From: a virus
Lineage: Duplodnaviria > Caudoviricetes
Virus record (IMG/VR): IMGVR_UViG_3300020044_007582
Span: 1-33,646 of that record
DNA length: 33,646 nucleotides
Reading direction: 5' to 3' (one strand)
In this document: positions 25,266-33,627 of the stretch, piece by piece
Position numbering within the stretch: position 1 is the stretch's first letter
Layout: each line of letters starts with the position of its first letter
Position numbers and translations under genes: made by a program
Notes under the pieces: generated by a model
What the model was told of the DNA's origin: nothing
The model's database searches: none
Seen by the model: the letters and a program-made list of their open reading frames with translations, nothing else

Positions 25266-25438
25266 TTGCGGTGTTTGGATGGTTTAAGGTTAAGCCCGAG
25301 GTGTCGGGCGGCTTCGTAAAGACTGGCGCGGCGGTAGCCGTACTTGGCCTCGATATCGGCGTAGGTCAGGCCGGCGGCGTGTGCTTCGATGACCGCTTGC
25401 TTGATTTTGCCGTAGTTGTTGGGACGGTTGGTTGCCAT
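25262..25438 (-). CDS. Small HTH protein (paralog of 24799-25020)
   Basis: GLTYADIEAKYGYRRASLYEAA; ATG at 25438. Confidence 0.65.
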   Translation of the reverse strand: MATNRPNNYGKIKQAVIEAHAAGLTYADIEAKYGYRRASLYEAARHLGLNLKPSKHRK

Positions 25439-25587
25439 TTGTTCCAAGGTTTGGCCATGAGTTCTGCCCAGCGATCACGGTCGGCTTTGTTGGCTTTCTC
25501 GGTTCGCTGGACTTCTTCCCAAGTCAGGCCGCGCTTGACGAAGACGGTGTTCTTCTTGGACGGGCCGAGCTGCCTGGGGTGCTTCAT
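25366..25587 (-). CDS. Hypothetical protein
   Basis: ATGA-coupled to the upstream gene; 3' end overlaps the HTH gene. Confidence 0.45.
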   Translation of the reverse strand: MKHPRQLGPSKKNTVFVKRGLTWEEVQRTEKANKADRDRWAELMAKPWNKWQPTVPTTTAKSSKRSSKHTPPA

Positions 25588-25754
25588 TCGGTCGGCTTGG
25601 CGTCGGGTATAGAAGCCCCGCGCATGATTGCGTCGTTCAGCCGCTCGACCTCGGCCTTGAGCCGGTTATTCTCCGCCTTGAGCAGACGGTTCTCGGCCAT
25701 AGCCTTGACCATCTCCGCCCACTTCTCGGGTTCGACTGGAATGAATCGGCTCAT
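25584..25754 (-). CDS. Small coiled-coil protein
   Basis: AENRLLKAENNRLKAEVERL repeat; ATGA coupling. Confidence 0.6.
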   Translation of the reverse strand: MSRFIPVEPEKWAEMVKAMAENRLLKAENNRLKAEVERLNDAIMRGASIPDAKPTE

Positions 25755-25987
25755 TGCTTGACGATCCTTTCGTGGCACTTGAATCCTTCGCCTGGGATGT
25801 AGGCGCGGACGACATACTGCGTATGCTTCTCGTAGAACGTGACGGTCATCTCCGCCCCGTGCTTCTCATAGGTAATCTGGTTCACGCCTTCGGACGGCAA
25901 CCAGCCGAGTTCGTTTGCAATCATGTTGTCAGCCCAAGCCTCAAAGCCTAGGCGGTTGACCTGATCCATGTCGATTTGTTCGCTCAT
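25751..25987 (-). CDS. Hypothetical protein
   Basis: ATGA coupling at both ends. Confidence 0.6.
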   Translation of the reverse strand: MSEQIDMDQVNRLGFEAWADNMIANELGWLPSEGVNQITYEKHGAEMTVTFYEKHTQYVVRAYIPGEGFKCHERIVKQ

Positions 25988-26574
25988 CGGTAGATGTGGT
26001 AGATTTCGGACGCTACGGCACGGACGCCGGCGGGGTCAACCGCCAATCGGGTATGCAGTATCTGCATCGACGCCATCATGTCAGCCAAGCTGCCAGCCTC
26101 CTCTTCGTTCGCCGGCCCGAAGCCTGGACGCTGAATCTCGACCGTCACGATCTGCGCGTCGAGGTGCCGGGTCAGGAACAGGTACTCATTCAGGTACCGC
26201 CAGTCGGACACCAAGGCAATCGGCCTGACGTCGAGCGGGGCGTAGTCCATGAACAGGGCCACTTGGGCGTTCAGGTGCCGAGCGAAGATATCCTTGTCGA
26301 CCCCCCGGAGGGTGCGTCCCAGTTCGACCAGCAGCCCCCGATGTTTGACCTTGAAGTCTTCCGCATGGAAGTCGACGACCCCCTGCTTGTAGACCCCCAT
26401 GGCCCGGAGGACGTCGTTCGCCCGTTCCTTCAGCACGTCGGCGAACTTGAAGACCTCGCAACGGTTGCCGTTGCCGTTGAACTTTTCCATCATACAAGCG
26501 GCGAAGGTATCCTTCCCCGCGCGAGCGACGCCGGTGATCATAAAGACCAGCGGCTTGGTGTTTTTATTCTCCAT
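25984..26574 (-). CDS. Deoxynucleoside monophosphate kinase-like P-loop protein
   Basis: ITGVARAGKDT, FADVLK, LVELG, SDWRYLNE. Confidence 0.82.
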   Translation of the reverse strand: MENKNTKPLVFMITGVARAGKDTFAACMMEKFNGNGNRCEVFKFADVLKERANDVLRAMGVYKQGVVDFHAEDFKVKHRGLLVELGRTLRGVDKDIFARHLNAQVALFMDYAPLDVRPIALVSDWRYLNEYLFLTRHLDAQIVTVEIQRPGFGPANEEEAGSLADMMASMQILHTRLAVDPAGVRAVASEIYHIYR

Positions 26575-28051
26575 AGTTATCGAAAATGCGGCCGTAAATC
26601 TTTTGCAGGGGTGACTTGGGCTTGGACGCCTTTTGCATCCGCCAATCGGAGCCGATGGCCTTCGACGCCGAATCCTTGGACAGACGCTCGGCACCGCGCA
26701 CCCCGAACTGCTGGAGCTTGCGGACCTGCTTGACGGTGGCCAGATTAAGGGCTTCCCGTGCCTTCAGACGGGCGATCATCCATTCGGCTTGGTCAGAGGT
26801 CAGGCCACGGGCGTGGACGCCGTAGGAGGCCAGCGCGGTGGTCTGGTAGACGAACATGGGGGAGTCCGAGGTAGCAGCCGGGACGACGAACCCGAAGACG
26901 GCACAGGCGACGGACAGGTCGACCAGCCCCAGTTCCTTGGCCTCCTTGGTGGCCGACCGCTGCTCTTCGGCGGCAATCCGGCGAAGCATGGTTTCTTCGG
27001 CGTGGCGGTCGCAGGCGTCGGCGGCGTCGAGCGGGTCATGCGACCCTTCGATGACGGGAGCCTTGGCTTGGGGGTGGACGGTGAAGGCGTCGGCCGGCGT
27101 GAAGGAATTCTCCCCGCTGATCCACATGGGGTCGAGGATGAGGCAATCGGTCTTGCCCGGAGCCGTGCGGAGGCCACGGCCGATCATCTGGCACCAGAGG
27201 GCACGGGACTGGGTCGGGCGAAGGAGAATGACGCAATCGGTTTCCGGGGCGTCGAAGCCTTCGGTGAAGAGGTTGACGTTGCACAGGACGCGCAGCTCGC
27301 CCCGCTTGAACGCTTCGACGGTGCCGGCACGGAACTTGCCCGTGCTGCCGTCGGCGTGGCCGGCTTCTACGCCGCGCTGGCGGAGCAGGGCGACCAGGCG
27401 GACGGACGTGTCGACCTCCGGCAGGAAGGCAATGGCCTTCTTGCGGTCCCAGCGGTTCAGTTCGGTGACGATGCTGTCGGCCACGGCTTCAAGGGCGTCC
27501 TCGTAACCGCGCATACGGATCAGGCTCATCTCGACCGGCATCTTCTGGGCCATGGGGCGGACGAGGTGACCCTGCTCGATAAGGGTGCGGATGGCGATCT
27601 CGTAGGCCGGCACGAAGCCGACCGTCTCAAGTTTCTGGCGGTCAAGTCGGTCAGGCGTGGCGGTAACGGCGACCTTCGGGCCGGTGAACACGGCGTTGAA
27701 CTTGGCCCACGAAGAGGCGACGGCATGGTGGGCTTCGTCAAAGACGACGAGAGCGGACGCCTTGTCTTCGGCGGAGATATGGTCGAAGTCGGCGGAGAAG
27801 ACGGAGAGGGCTTCGCCGACCACGCCGGCGCGGATCATCGTCGCAGCCGCCTGGTCGATGAGTTCCTTGCGGTGGGCGACGAAGAAACACTTGCGGGTCG
27901 AGCCAGCCTGCCAGCGGGTCATAATCGCCGAAGCGATCACGGTCTTGCCGGCACCCGTCGGAGCGATGACGAGCGGGTTGACGTTCTTGGAAAGGTGGGC
28001 CAGCGCGGAGGTCACGGCGGCTTCTTGATAGTCTCGGAGTTTGAGTTCCAT
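26564..28051 (-). CDS. Superfamily 2 DExH helicase
   Basis: LRDYQ, PTGAGKT, DEAHH, TATPDR, EGFDAP, QMIGRGLR. Confidence 0.93.
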   Translation of the reverse strand: MELKLRDYQEAAVTSALAHLSKNVNPLVIAPTGAGKTVIASAIMTRWQAGSTRKCFFVAHRKELIDQAAATMIRAGVVGEALSVFSADFDHISAEDKASALVVFDEAHHAVASSWAKFNAVFTGPKVAVTATPDRLDRQKLETVGFVPAYEIAIRTLIEQGHLVRPMAQKMPVEMSLIRMRGYEDALEAVADSIVTELNRWDRKKAIAFLPEVDTSVRLVALLRQRGVEAGHADGSTGKFRAGTVEAFKRGELRVLCNVNLFTEGFDAPETDCVILLRPTQSRALWCQMIGRGLRTAPGKTDCLILDPMWISGENSFTPADAFTVHPQAKAPVIEGSHDPLDAADACDRHAEETMLRRIAAEEQRSATKEAKELGLVDLSVACAVFGFVVPAATSDSPMFVYQTTALASYGVHARGLTSDQAEWMIARLKAREALNLATVKQVRKLQQFGVRGAERLSKDSASKAIGSDWRMQKASKPKSPLQKIYGRIFDNYGE

Positions 28052-28101
28052 GTGCGGGTGGCGTCTCCTGTTATTGACAGTCCCGTGAGTAACACAAGCA
28101 C

Positions 28102-28130
28102 AAAAAAGGAGGAACTTTCGTTCCCCCTTC
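28102..28130 (-). terminator. Rho-independent terminator after the SSB-like gene
   Basis: Minus strand reads GGGGGAAC-GAAA-GTTCCTCC-TTTTTT. Confidence 0.75.
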
Positions 28131-28150
28131 GGTACCGTCTAGACCCCCCT

Positions 28151-28600
28151 TTAGAAGGGGCCGATCACCGGGCCGTTGGGCAGGCGGGTGAAGAAGGACG
28201 CCTGGTAGGCCACCCCCTCCGTCCCGTCCTTCTTGGTGTACTTACGCTCGGTCACGCGCACCTTCAGGTTGCGACCCCTAGCACGGGCGAGGATACGCTC
28301 AAGGAAGGACTCGTCGACCTCCAGCTCGCCGCCGGCGACGTACTCCTTGATCTCCTCATCGGTGGCCGTGGCAGCAAGGAACTGCTCCAGGCGTTCGTGA
28401 CCGCCGTTCTTGTCCGGCTTGGCGAACAGGTCGCCGAAGACGGTCTCGCCCTCGTTCGTCACGAAGGTGATCCGGGCGTACAGGTCGGCGCGGGGCGGGA
28501 GGTAGTCCTGCTTCGACGCCTGCACGGTGGCGAGGTAGGTGCCGGCCTTGGAGACGTACTTACGGTCCTCGGCGGCGTTGGGATTGAACTTGAACGACAT
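28151..28600 (-). CDS. ssDNA-binding protein-like (DUF669-type OB fold)
   Basis: GTYLATV, KVRVTERKY..KDG and C-terminal PF; next to RecE/RecT. Confidence 0.6.
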   Translation of the reverse strand: MSFKFNPNAAEDRKYVSKAGTYLATVQASKQDYLPPRADLYARITFVTNEGETVFGDLFAKPDKNGGHERLEQFLAATATDEEIKEYVAGGELEVDESFLERILARARGRNLKVRVTERKYTKKDGTEGVAYQASFFTRLPNGPVIGPF

Positions 28601-28638
28601 GATGTTGTTGCTGGGTTGGGTTATGGGTTGATGGGAAA

Positions 28639-29424
28639 TTACTGCACCCACTTCGGGAGCGAGACGGTCTGCACTTCCTTCGGGTAGCCCGGGAACTGCT
28701 TGAACGTGTTGCAGGAGCGGAACAGGTCGATGGCGGAGTTCATCAGGGCGAGTCCCTTCTGTTTAGCCTCGGCGTCGAGGGCGTAGCAAGCCCATTCGTT
28801 CGGCGCGTCCTTCTCGACGGCGAGGATCACGAACTCATCGGCGTGGGCCAGCGTAGTGTACCACGCTGCCTGGAGGAAGTACTGGTAGTTGGCGATATCA
28901 CGGATGAACGGGGTGCCGGCGTCCATGGTCGTCTTCACGTCGACGACGATGCGTCGGCCGTCCTTCGTAGTGATGATGGCGTCGAGCCTGCCCTTGATAT
29001 CCGTGCCGTTAACACGGCCGACCATGGGGACTTCGGTGACCATGGATTCGCCGTCGTAGTCCTTCATCAGTTTATCGAGGCCGGCACGGGCGGCGATGGA
29101 CACGGCGGTGACCAGCTCGCCTTCCTTGGCGGTGATCGCTTCCTGACCAGGCTGAAGGCTGGACTGGAACGAGGCCCAGATTTCCTTGCCCTCCTTCGTG
29201 CGCTTGTCGCACTCCGGGGCCACGACGATGGTGGCGTCGAAGACCTTCGGCTGGAGCGAAGCGAGGTGGATCAGGGTGCCGAGCCGCTGGGCCGGCGTCT
29301 GCTCGCTGCGGTCACGGTTCAGGTACTCCTGAAAGTGCCGAGGGGACCGAAGCAGTTCCTTCGCGCCGCTCTGCGAGAGGCCGGGATGGTTGTTATATTC
29401 GTCGTCGGGGATGAGGTTGCTCAT
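28639..29424 (-). CDS. RecE / exonuclease VIII-like PD-(D/E)XK nuclease
   Basis: LSQSGAKEL..SP, GTLIH, KGRLD, DVKTT, YFLQAAWY, AVEK. Confidence 0.9.
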   Translation of the reverse strand: MSNLIPDDEYNNHPGLSQSGAKELLRSPRHFQEYLNRDRSEQTPAQRLGTLIHLASLQPKVFDATIVVAPECDKRTKEGKEIWASFQSSLQPGQEAITAKEGELVTAVSIAARAGLDKLMKDYDGESMVTEVPMVGRVNGTDIKGRLDAIITTKDGRRIVVDVKTTMDAGTPFIRDIANYQYFLQAAWYTTLAHADEFVILAVEKDAPNEWACYALDAEAKQKGLALMNSAIDLFRSCNTFKQFPGYPKEVQTVSLPKWVQ

Positions 29425-29431
29425 GGGATTA

Positions 29432-29515
29432 TTATTTGGATTTGAGGTCGATCATAACCATGACGAGGGTCGTCAGGGCGATGTTCAGGCAGATGAGGAG
29501 CTTGGTTTCGTCCAT
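29432..29515 (-). CDS. Possible 27-aa hydrophobic peptide
   Basis: MDETKLLICLNIALTTLVMVMIDLKSK fills the gap between genes. Confidence 0.4.
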   Translation of the reverse strand: MDETKLLICLNIALTTLVMVMIDLKSK

Positions 29516-29516
29516 G

Positions 29517-29759
29517 TTAGTTCTTCATCAGGTTTTTGTATTCGGCGACGGCGGCGCGGTCGGCGACGCCCCGGAGGTAGAGCAGTTCCTTCATCAGTTC
29601 GACGTTCTGCTCCCGCAGGTCGTTCAGCTCCAGGCGAACCTCGAAACAGTTCTGGCTCATCTGGTGGACGATCTGGGTCAACGCCTTGACCTGCTCTTCC
29701 GGGGTGCGGTCGGGCAGGGGGCGGAATTCGTGGACGGTTTCTTCGTGGGGGTGGCTCAT
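29517..29759 (-). CDS. Small coiled-coil protein (80 aa; start MSHPHE)
   Basis: ATGA overlap with the recombinase stop; heptad pattern. Confidence 0.6.
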   Translation of the reverse strand: MSHPHEETVHEFRPLPDRTPEEQVKALTQIVHQMSQNCFEVRLELNDLREQNVELMKELLYLRGVADRAAVAEYKNLMKN

Positions 29760-30529
29760 AGGGAAAAGTATTTTGCTTTGACGGCTTCCCAGAAGGGGCC
29801 GGGTTTCTTCGCCAGCGTCTCGGCAAGGTCTGGCGTGATGTCTGCCCAGTCCTGCTCGGGAGTCAAGTGGCCGGTTTCGCGCAGCACGGCGACGGCCGCA
29901 GGGCGGTACTCGATGTTGATCAGTTCGTCGAGCGTAGGGCCGGAGGCCGGCTTCGACGGGCGGGAGGGCGTGGCGTCGAGTTCTTCGACGGTGTAGGTGC
30001 CGAAGCAGCACTCCGGGGCGATGAGGCGGACGCCTTCGCTGATCGCACGGGCGGTCAGCATCCGACGGGGCCACTTCTTCCAGTTCTCCTTGAAGCAAGG
30101 CTGGAGGGTCTTCTTATCCGTGGTCATGGCGGTGCCGTTGCCGACATACTCCTTCATGTCGGCCACGATGGCGGCGGACGACGTCCCCTTGCGGAAGGTG
30201 GCCGTCACCCGTTCGTCGGTGCGTTCGCCCCATTCGACGGTGCCGCCGGCCTGATGGAACTTGGCCAGCAGGGCGTCCGAGCGGATGGCGAGCTGACCTT
30301 GGATGAAGTGATACGTCCTCGCCAGTTCCAGCGGGGACTTCTTTTCGACCATGCATTGCATGGCCAGAATCTCTCCCTGCTCCGGCTTATCCAGGCCGAA
30401 GATGCCGGACTTGAAGATGGACAGGCCAAGGGTCTTGATCGCCGACATGGGGTCGGAGATGCGGTCGTACACGCCGGCGGCGGCGAGTTCGTTGGAGGTG
30501 ACGACGGGCGTCAGTTCGTTGGATTCCAT
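29756..30529 (-). CDS. RecT / Red-beta-like single-strand annealing protein
   Basis: HFIQGQLAIRSD and NWKKWPRRMLTARA..GVRLIAP; paired with the RecE-like gene. Confidence 0.78.
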   Translation of the reverse strand: MESNELTPVVTSNELAAAGVYDRISDPMSAIKTLGLSIFKSGIFGLDKPEQGEILAMQCMVEKKSPLELARTYHFIQGQLAIRSDALLAKFHQAGGTVEWGERTDERVTATFRKGTSSAAIVADMKEYVGNGTAMTTDKKTLQPCFKENWKKWPRRMLTARAISEGVRLIAPECCFGTYTVEELDATPSRPSKPASGPTLDELINIEYRPAAVAVLRETGHLTPEQDWADITPDLAETLAKKPGPFWEAVKAKYFSL

Positions 30530-30530
30530 G

Positions 30531-30731
30531 TTAGGAGGCGAGGTAGGCGAGATAAAGGAAAACTCCGCCGACGATCCAAGCAAAGAATGCGGCGGCGAGA
30601 CCAATGGCCATGTCGTCGTCAGTCTTGCCCTTGTCCTTCCGGGCCTTGACGATGCCTAGGAAGGCCAGCGTAGCGACGCCAAGGATAGCGACGGCGGTAA
30701 GCAGCAGAAAAACAAAAAGCACGGTCTTCAT
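30531..30731 (-). CDS. Small two-TM membrane protein
   Basis: Two hydrophobic stretches separated by a charged loop. Confidence 0.6.
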   Translation of the reverse strand: MKTVLFVFLLLTAVAILGVATLAFLGIVKARKDKGKTDDDMAIGLAAAFFAWIVGGVFLYLAYLAS

Positions 30732-30732
30732 G

Positions 30733-30942
30733 TCAGGCGGCGAGCTTGGCGGCTTCGATGAGGCGACGGCCGGACACGCGCCGCAGGACGCCGTCGATCT
30801 TCATGTTGTAGTACGGATGGTCATTGACCACCACGGGCTTCAGCCGACGGGCGACCGTGCCGTCCGAAAGGACGACGTAGGATGAATCGCCGACGGATGC
30901 GAGCGTCCGGGCGGCGGGGACTTTGATGAGTTTCTTGATCAT
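30733..30942 (-). CDS. Hypothetical basic beta-rich protein
   Basis: 69-aa ORF in operon context. Confidence 0.6.
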   Translation of the reverse strand: MIKKLIKVPAARTLASVGDSSYVVLSDGTVARRLKPVVVNDHPYYNMKIDGVLRRVSGRRLIEAAKLAA

Positions 30943-30950
30943 GGGAGGAA

Positions 30951-31145
30951 TTAGGAAATGATGGCCTTCCAGTTGACGAGCGAGTCCATGAAGGCTTCGA
31001 CGTCCATCTCTACCTTCAGCTCGCCTTTCGGCACCAGGCTGAAGCGGTGTTTGCCAGCGGCACGTTCCTCACGGACGATTTGCTCGGCTTGGGGGAGGTC
31101 GGCCAGTTCGGTGGCTTCGACTCGATTGTGGTATTTGATAATCAT
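30951..31145 (-). CDS. Hypothetical protein
   Basis: 64-aa ORF in operon context. Confidence 0.55.
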   Translation of the reverse strand: MIIKYHNRVEATELADLPQAEQIVREERAAGKHRFSLVPKGELKVEMDVEAFMDSLVNWKAIIS

Positions 31146-31161
31146 AACGGGTGGCTAGATT

Positions 31162-31593
31162 TCAGAGGTTGAATTGCTGCGCGTGGGAGAGCAAGCAAAA
31201 AGCATCAGCAGTTTTGAGGGTAATCTTTTCGACCAAAGGAAAGCGACGCTGGGCTTCCCGCTTCAGGGTGTTCTTCCAATCGGTCGTGGTACGCTTTCCC
31301 TTCGTGCCGACGCCCATGGTCTTCTGCCACTCCTGCGGGGTCACCAGCACCACCTTGAATCCGCGCCCCTGCCACAGGCCGACGATCCAGCCGTAAGAGT
31401 AGCCGAGTTTGAACGAAGCCGACGCCGGGATAGGGCCGACGAAGGCCGGCACCTTCTCGATGACCACCGTCGTGTTCACGGGCGGACACAGGTCGACCAG
31501 GCCGTCGTTGTCGCCCATGATTATCAAACCTTCTCCGTACTGAAGCACCCAGCCGCCGTTGGCACCCGGGTCGATGCAGAGGTAGGGCTTCAC
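31162..31593 (-). CDS. RuvC-like Holliday junction resolvase
   Basis: CIDPGANGG, VVIEKV, VTPQEWQK, ADAF; GTG start overlapping the upstream TGA. Confidence 0.82.
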   Translation of the reverse strand: MKPYLCIDPGANGGWVLQYGEGLIIMGDNDGLVDLCPPVNTTVVIEKVPAFVGPIPASASFKLGYSYGWIVGLWQGRGFKVVLVTPQEWQKTMGVGTKGKRTTTDWKNTLKREAQRRFPLVEKITLKTADAFCLLSHAQQFNL

Positions 31594-32060
31594 TTGATCA
31601 GTTCCCGGTAGATGTTGCCCACTCGCTCCGCAGCCTCGGCCTTCGCCTTCGGTGCCGTGACGAGGGAATGGCCCACGGCCTTCGCGCCGCTGAAGCCCAT
31701 GCTGTACGCAAGGTACACCTGCTCGGGCGACGGGTCGACGATGCCGTCCCCGACGAGACGCTCCTTGCACCAGCTCACATAGGCCACGGCGATGGCCCTC
31801 TGGTTGTCAGGCACCCGCCACTCCTTGCGCGGCACCTTCGGCAAGCCCTGCTTCTCCCGCCATTGGTTCGCCGTCACCCAGGCCGGCACATGGACCTGCC
31901 ATGCCCCCACGGCTTTGCCCCCGTCCCCGACGGCGGCGTAGTTCATCCCGCTCTCGACCGCGCCGATGGCGTTCGTAAGGATCACGACGTGGGCATTCTC
32001 TCGGGCCTCCGGCGTCATGGCGGCGAGCGTGGCCGCAAGGGTCATAAGCGTATTCGTCAT
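31590..32060 (-). CDS. Lysozyme-like / lytic transglycosylase protein
   Basis: AIGAVES (catalytic Glu), AVGDGGKAVGAWQVH, YLAYSMG. Confidence 0.75.
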   Translation of the reverse strand: MTNTLMTLAATLAAMTPEARENAHVVILTNAIGAVESGMNYAAVGDGGKAVGAWQVHVPAWVTANQWREKQGLPKVPRKEWRVPDNQRAIAVAYVSWCKERLVGDGIVDPSPEQVYLAYSMGFSGAKAVGHSLVTAPKAKAEAAERVGNIYRELIK

Positions 32061-32474
32061 AGCCCCCCTAGGGGTACCGCCTGAAAAAACAATAGCAATG
32101 AAATATTTATACCCCAGGGGGGGGAAATCCTTCCGAAAAATAAAAGGGGCGCAAATATTTTAGGGGGTCGACGTTTTCGACGGCGTTAATACGGGCTGCC
32201 CTTCGGCCTGGTTATTAACCCCAAATCAGCCCCGCTTTAATTGGCCAATATCTTGTTAAAGCAAATCGACGGGTGATCGGCGACGTGTCGACGGGCGGAG
32301 ATTAGGTCGACATATTCTCCGCAAATTTGCGGGGAAAAGTTTACAAAAAATCCTAGGGCGCGGCCGTTTGTAGAAAAATTTTACCAGACGGGCGAAAAAA
32401 AGCTCGTCCCCCCCCGGGGGGTCAGTATGAGTCGGACCTGGTGACCCCCTAGCTTTTTGAAAATTTGAATCCTG

Positions 32475-32501
32475 TAATCATGAGTAAAGTTATCATGATT
32501 A
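32475..32501. promoter_or_regulatory. Inverted repeat TAATCATGA-N9-TCATGATTA (operator- or recombination-site-like)
   Basis: Perfect 9-bp arms, just downstream of a possible minus-strand promoter TTGCTT-N18-CATGAT (32536-32507). Confidence 0.55.
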
Positions 32502-32744
32502 GGGCAATCATGGGTCTCCGACCTTGGATTAAGCAAGGGCATAATTTCAGAGCTGGGGGCCGGATTTTTGCCCCATGTCGGCCGTAGACGATCCGCCGCG
32601 CTTAATGTCGGCGGGGCAGGGCGGCCGCCGAAGCAAAGGCCCAGGCGTAAGGGAACGGCGGCCCATGGGCGGCTTAAAAGATCAGCGGCAAGCCAGGGCA
32701 AGACGTGCTTAAATTCCGGAATATTGCCCTTAGTGGAACTAGGG

Positions 32745-32772
32745 AAAAGAAAAGCCCCGCGCTTAGCGGGGC
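32745..32772 (-). terminator. Rho-independent terminator
   Basis: Minus strand reads GCCCCGC-TAAGC-GCGGGGC-TTTTCTTTT. Confidence 0.8.
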
Positions 32773-32798
32773 CGATTAGGTCGTGACGTTTGCCGATC

Positions 32799-33305
32799 CT
32801 ATGCAACGGGCGGCGGGGGCGGCGGAATTGTTTTCAAACCTTCCGCCCTGTCTAGTAACTGGGCAAGACGGGATAAGGTTTCATTATCCAAGCGGCGGAA
32901 CAAACGCCGCACAAGCCAACCCGTTTCACCTGGATCGGTATTTCCAATTAGTTCAGTTCGGCAATCCCTTGCCAGGTCGTGCAAGTTCGCCGGAATTCCT
33001 TTTGAAACGTACAGGTCGGCGGCAATCAATTTCCGCGCTAACTTTGCTAGGCGGGGTTTATGAGCTGTCCATGGGATCAGGTCGGCGTTTATCCCGTTAG
33101 GGGTAAACTCTAACAAACGGGAAAACGGAAGTCGGTTCATGTAACCCGAGACCGTACGCCGCTTTCCGCCGCTGTAGATCTGAACCGAAGCGGGGCAGGT
33201 ATGCCCTGCGTAACCCGTACAAACGGCCGACCTAGTTACGCCGTCACGGCAAACGACCTTTAAGCGGCGGCCTGGGAAAAAAATGAAACCGTAGGGGTTA
33301 CTCAT
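32799..33305 (-). CDS. Hypothetical early protein
   Basis: ATG 33305 overlaps the upstream gene end; followed by a terminator. Confidence 0.6.
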   Translation of the reverse strand: MSNPYGFIFFPGRRLKVVCRDGVTRSAVCTGYAGHTCPASVQIYSGGKRRTVSGYMNRLPFSRLLEFTPNGINADLIPWTAHKPRLAKLARKLIAADLYVSKGIPANLHDLARDCRTELIGNTDPGETGWLVRRLFRRLDNETLSRLAQLLDRAEGLKTIPPPPPPVA

Positions 33306-33627
33306 TCCCACTTTCCTCCGTTACTTGGATGTCCACGGTTTCCATTTCACCGCCGTCAGGATCGGAAGCGGCAAGTTTTACCGCTTCGTCTTCATTCCGC
33401 GCTTCAACTTGGATTGTCGAAAGGTAACGGATATAGACGGTATAGGTTTTGACCGGATTTTCCGTTGTTTTGAAACGGCGTTCCGCTTCGGCGGCTTCGA
33501 TCTCCGCCGCTTCGGCAAGCACGGCGGCTTCGGCCGCTTCATCCGCAAGTGCGGCGGCACGTTCCCGCGCTTCACGGGCTAAATATGCCGCACGGGCGGA
33601 GGCGTTTTTCAGTTCGTCTTTATTCAT
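33298..33627 (-). CDS. Hypothetical early protein
   Basis: Ala/Glu-rich helix plus the common phage motif KTYTVYI....IQVEA.NEDEA. Confidence 0.65.
   Translation of the reverse strand: MNKDELKNASARAAYLAREARERAAALADEAAEAAVLAEAAEIEAAEAERRFKTTENPVKTYTVYIRYLSTIQVEARNEDEAVKLAASDPDGGEMETVDIQVTEESGNE

Noticed and set aside
32381-32806. 141-aa minus-strand ORF and other ORFs in the right non-coding region
   Set aside because: Crosses a terminator and palindromes; atypical composition; no motif.
33577-33583. GGCTAAA here and at 194-200 as additional late motifs
   Set aside because: Both lack the TT(G/T)ACA box at the fixed 3-nt spacing.
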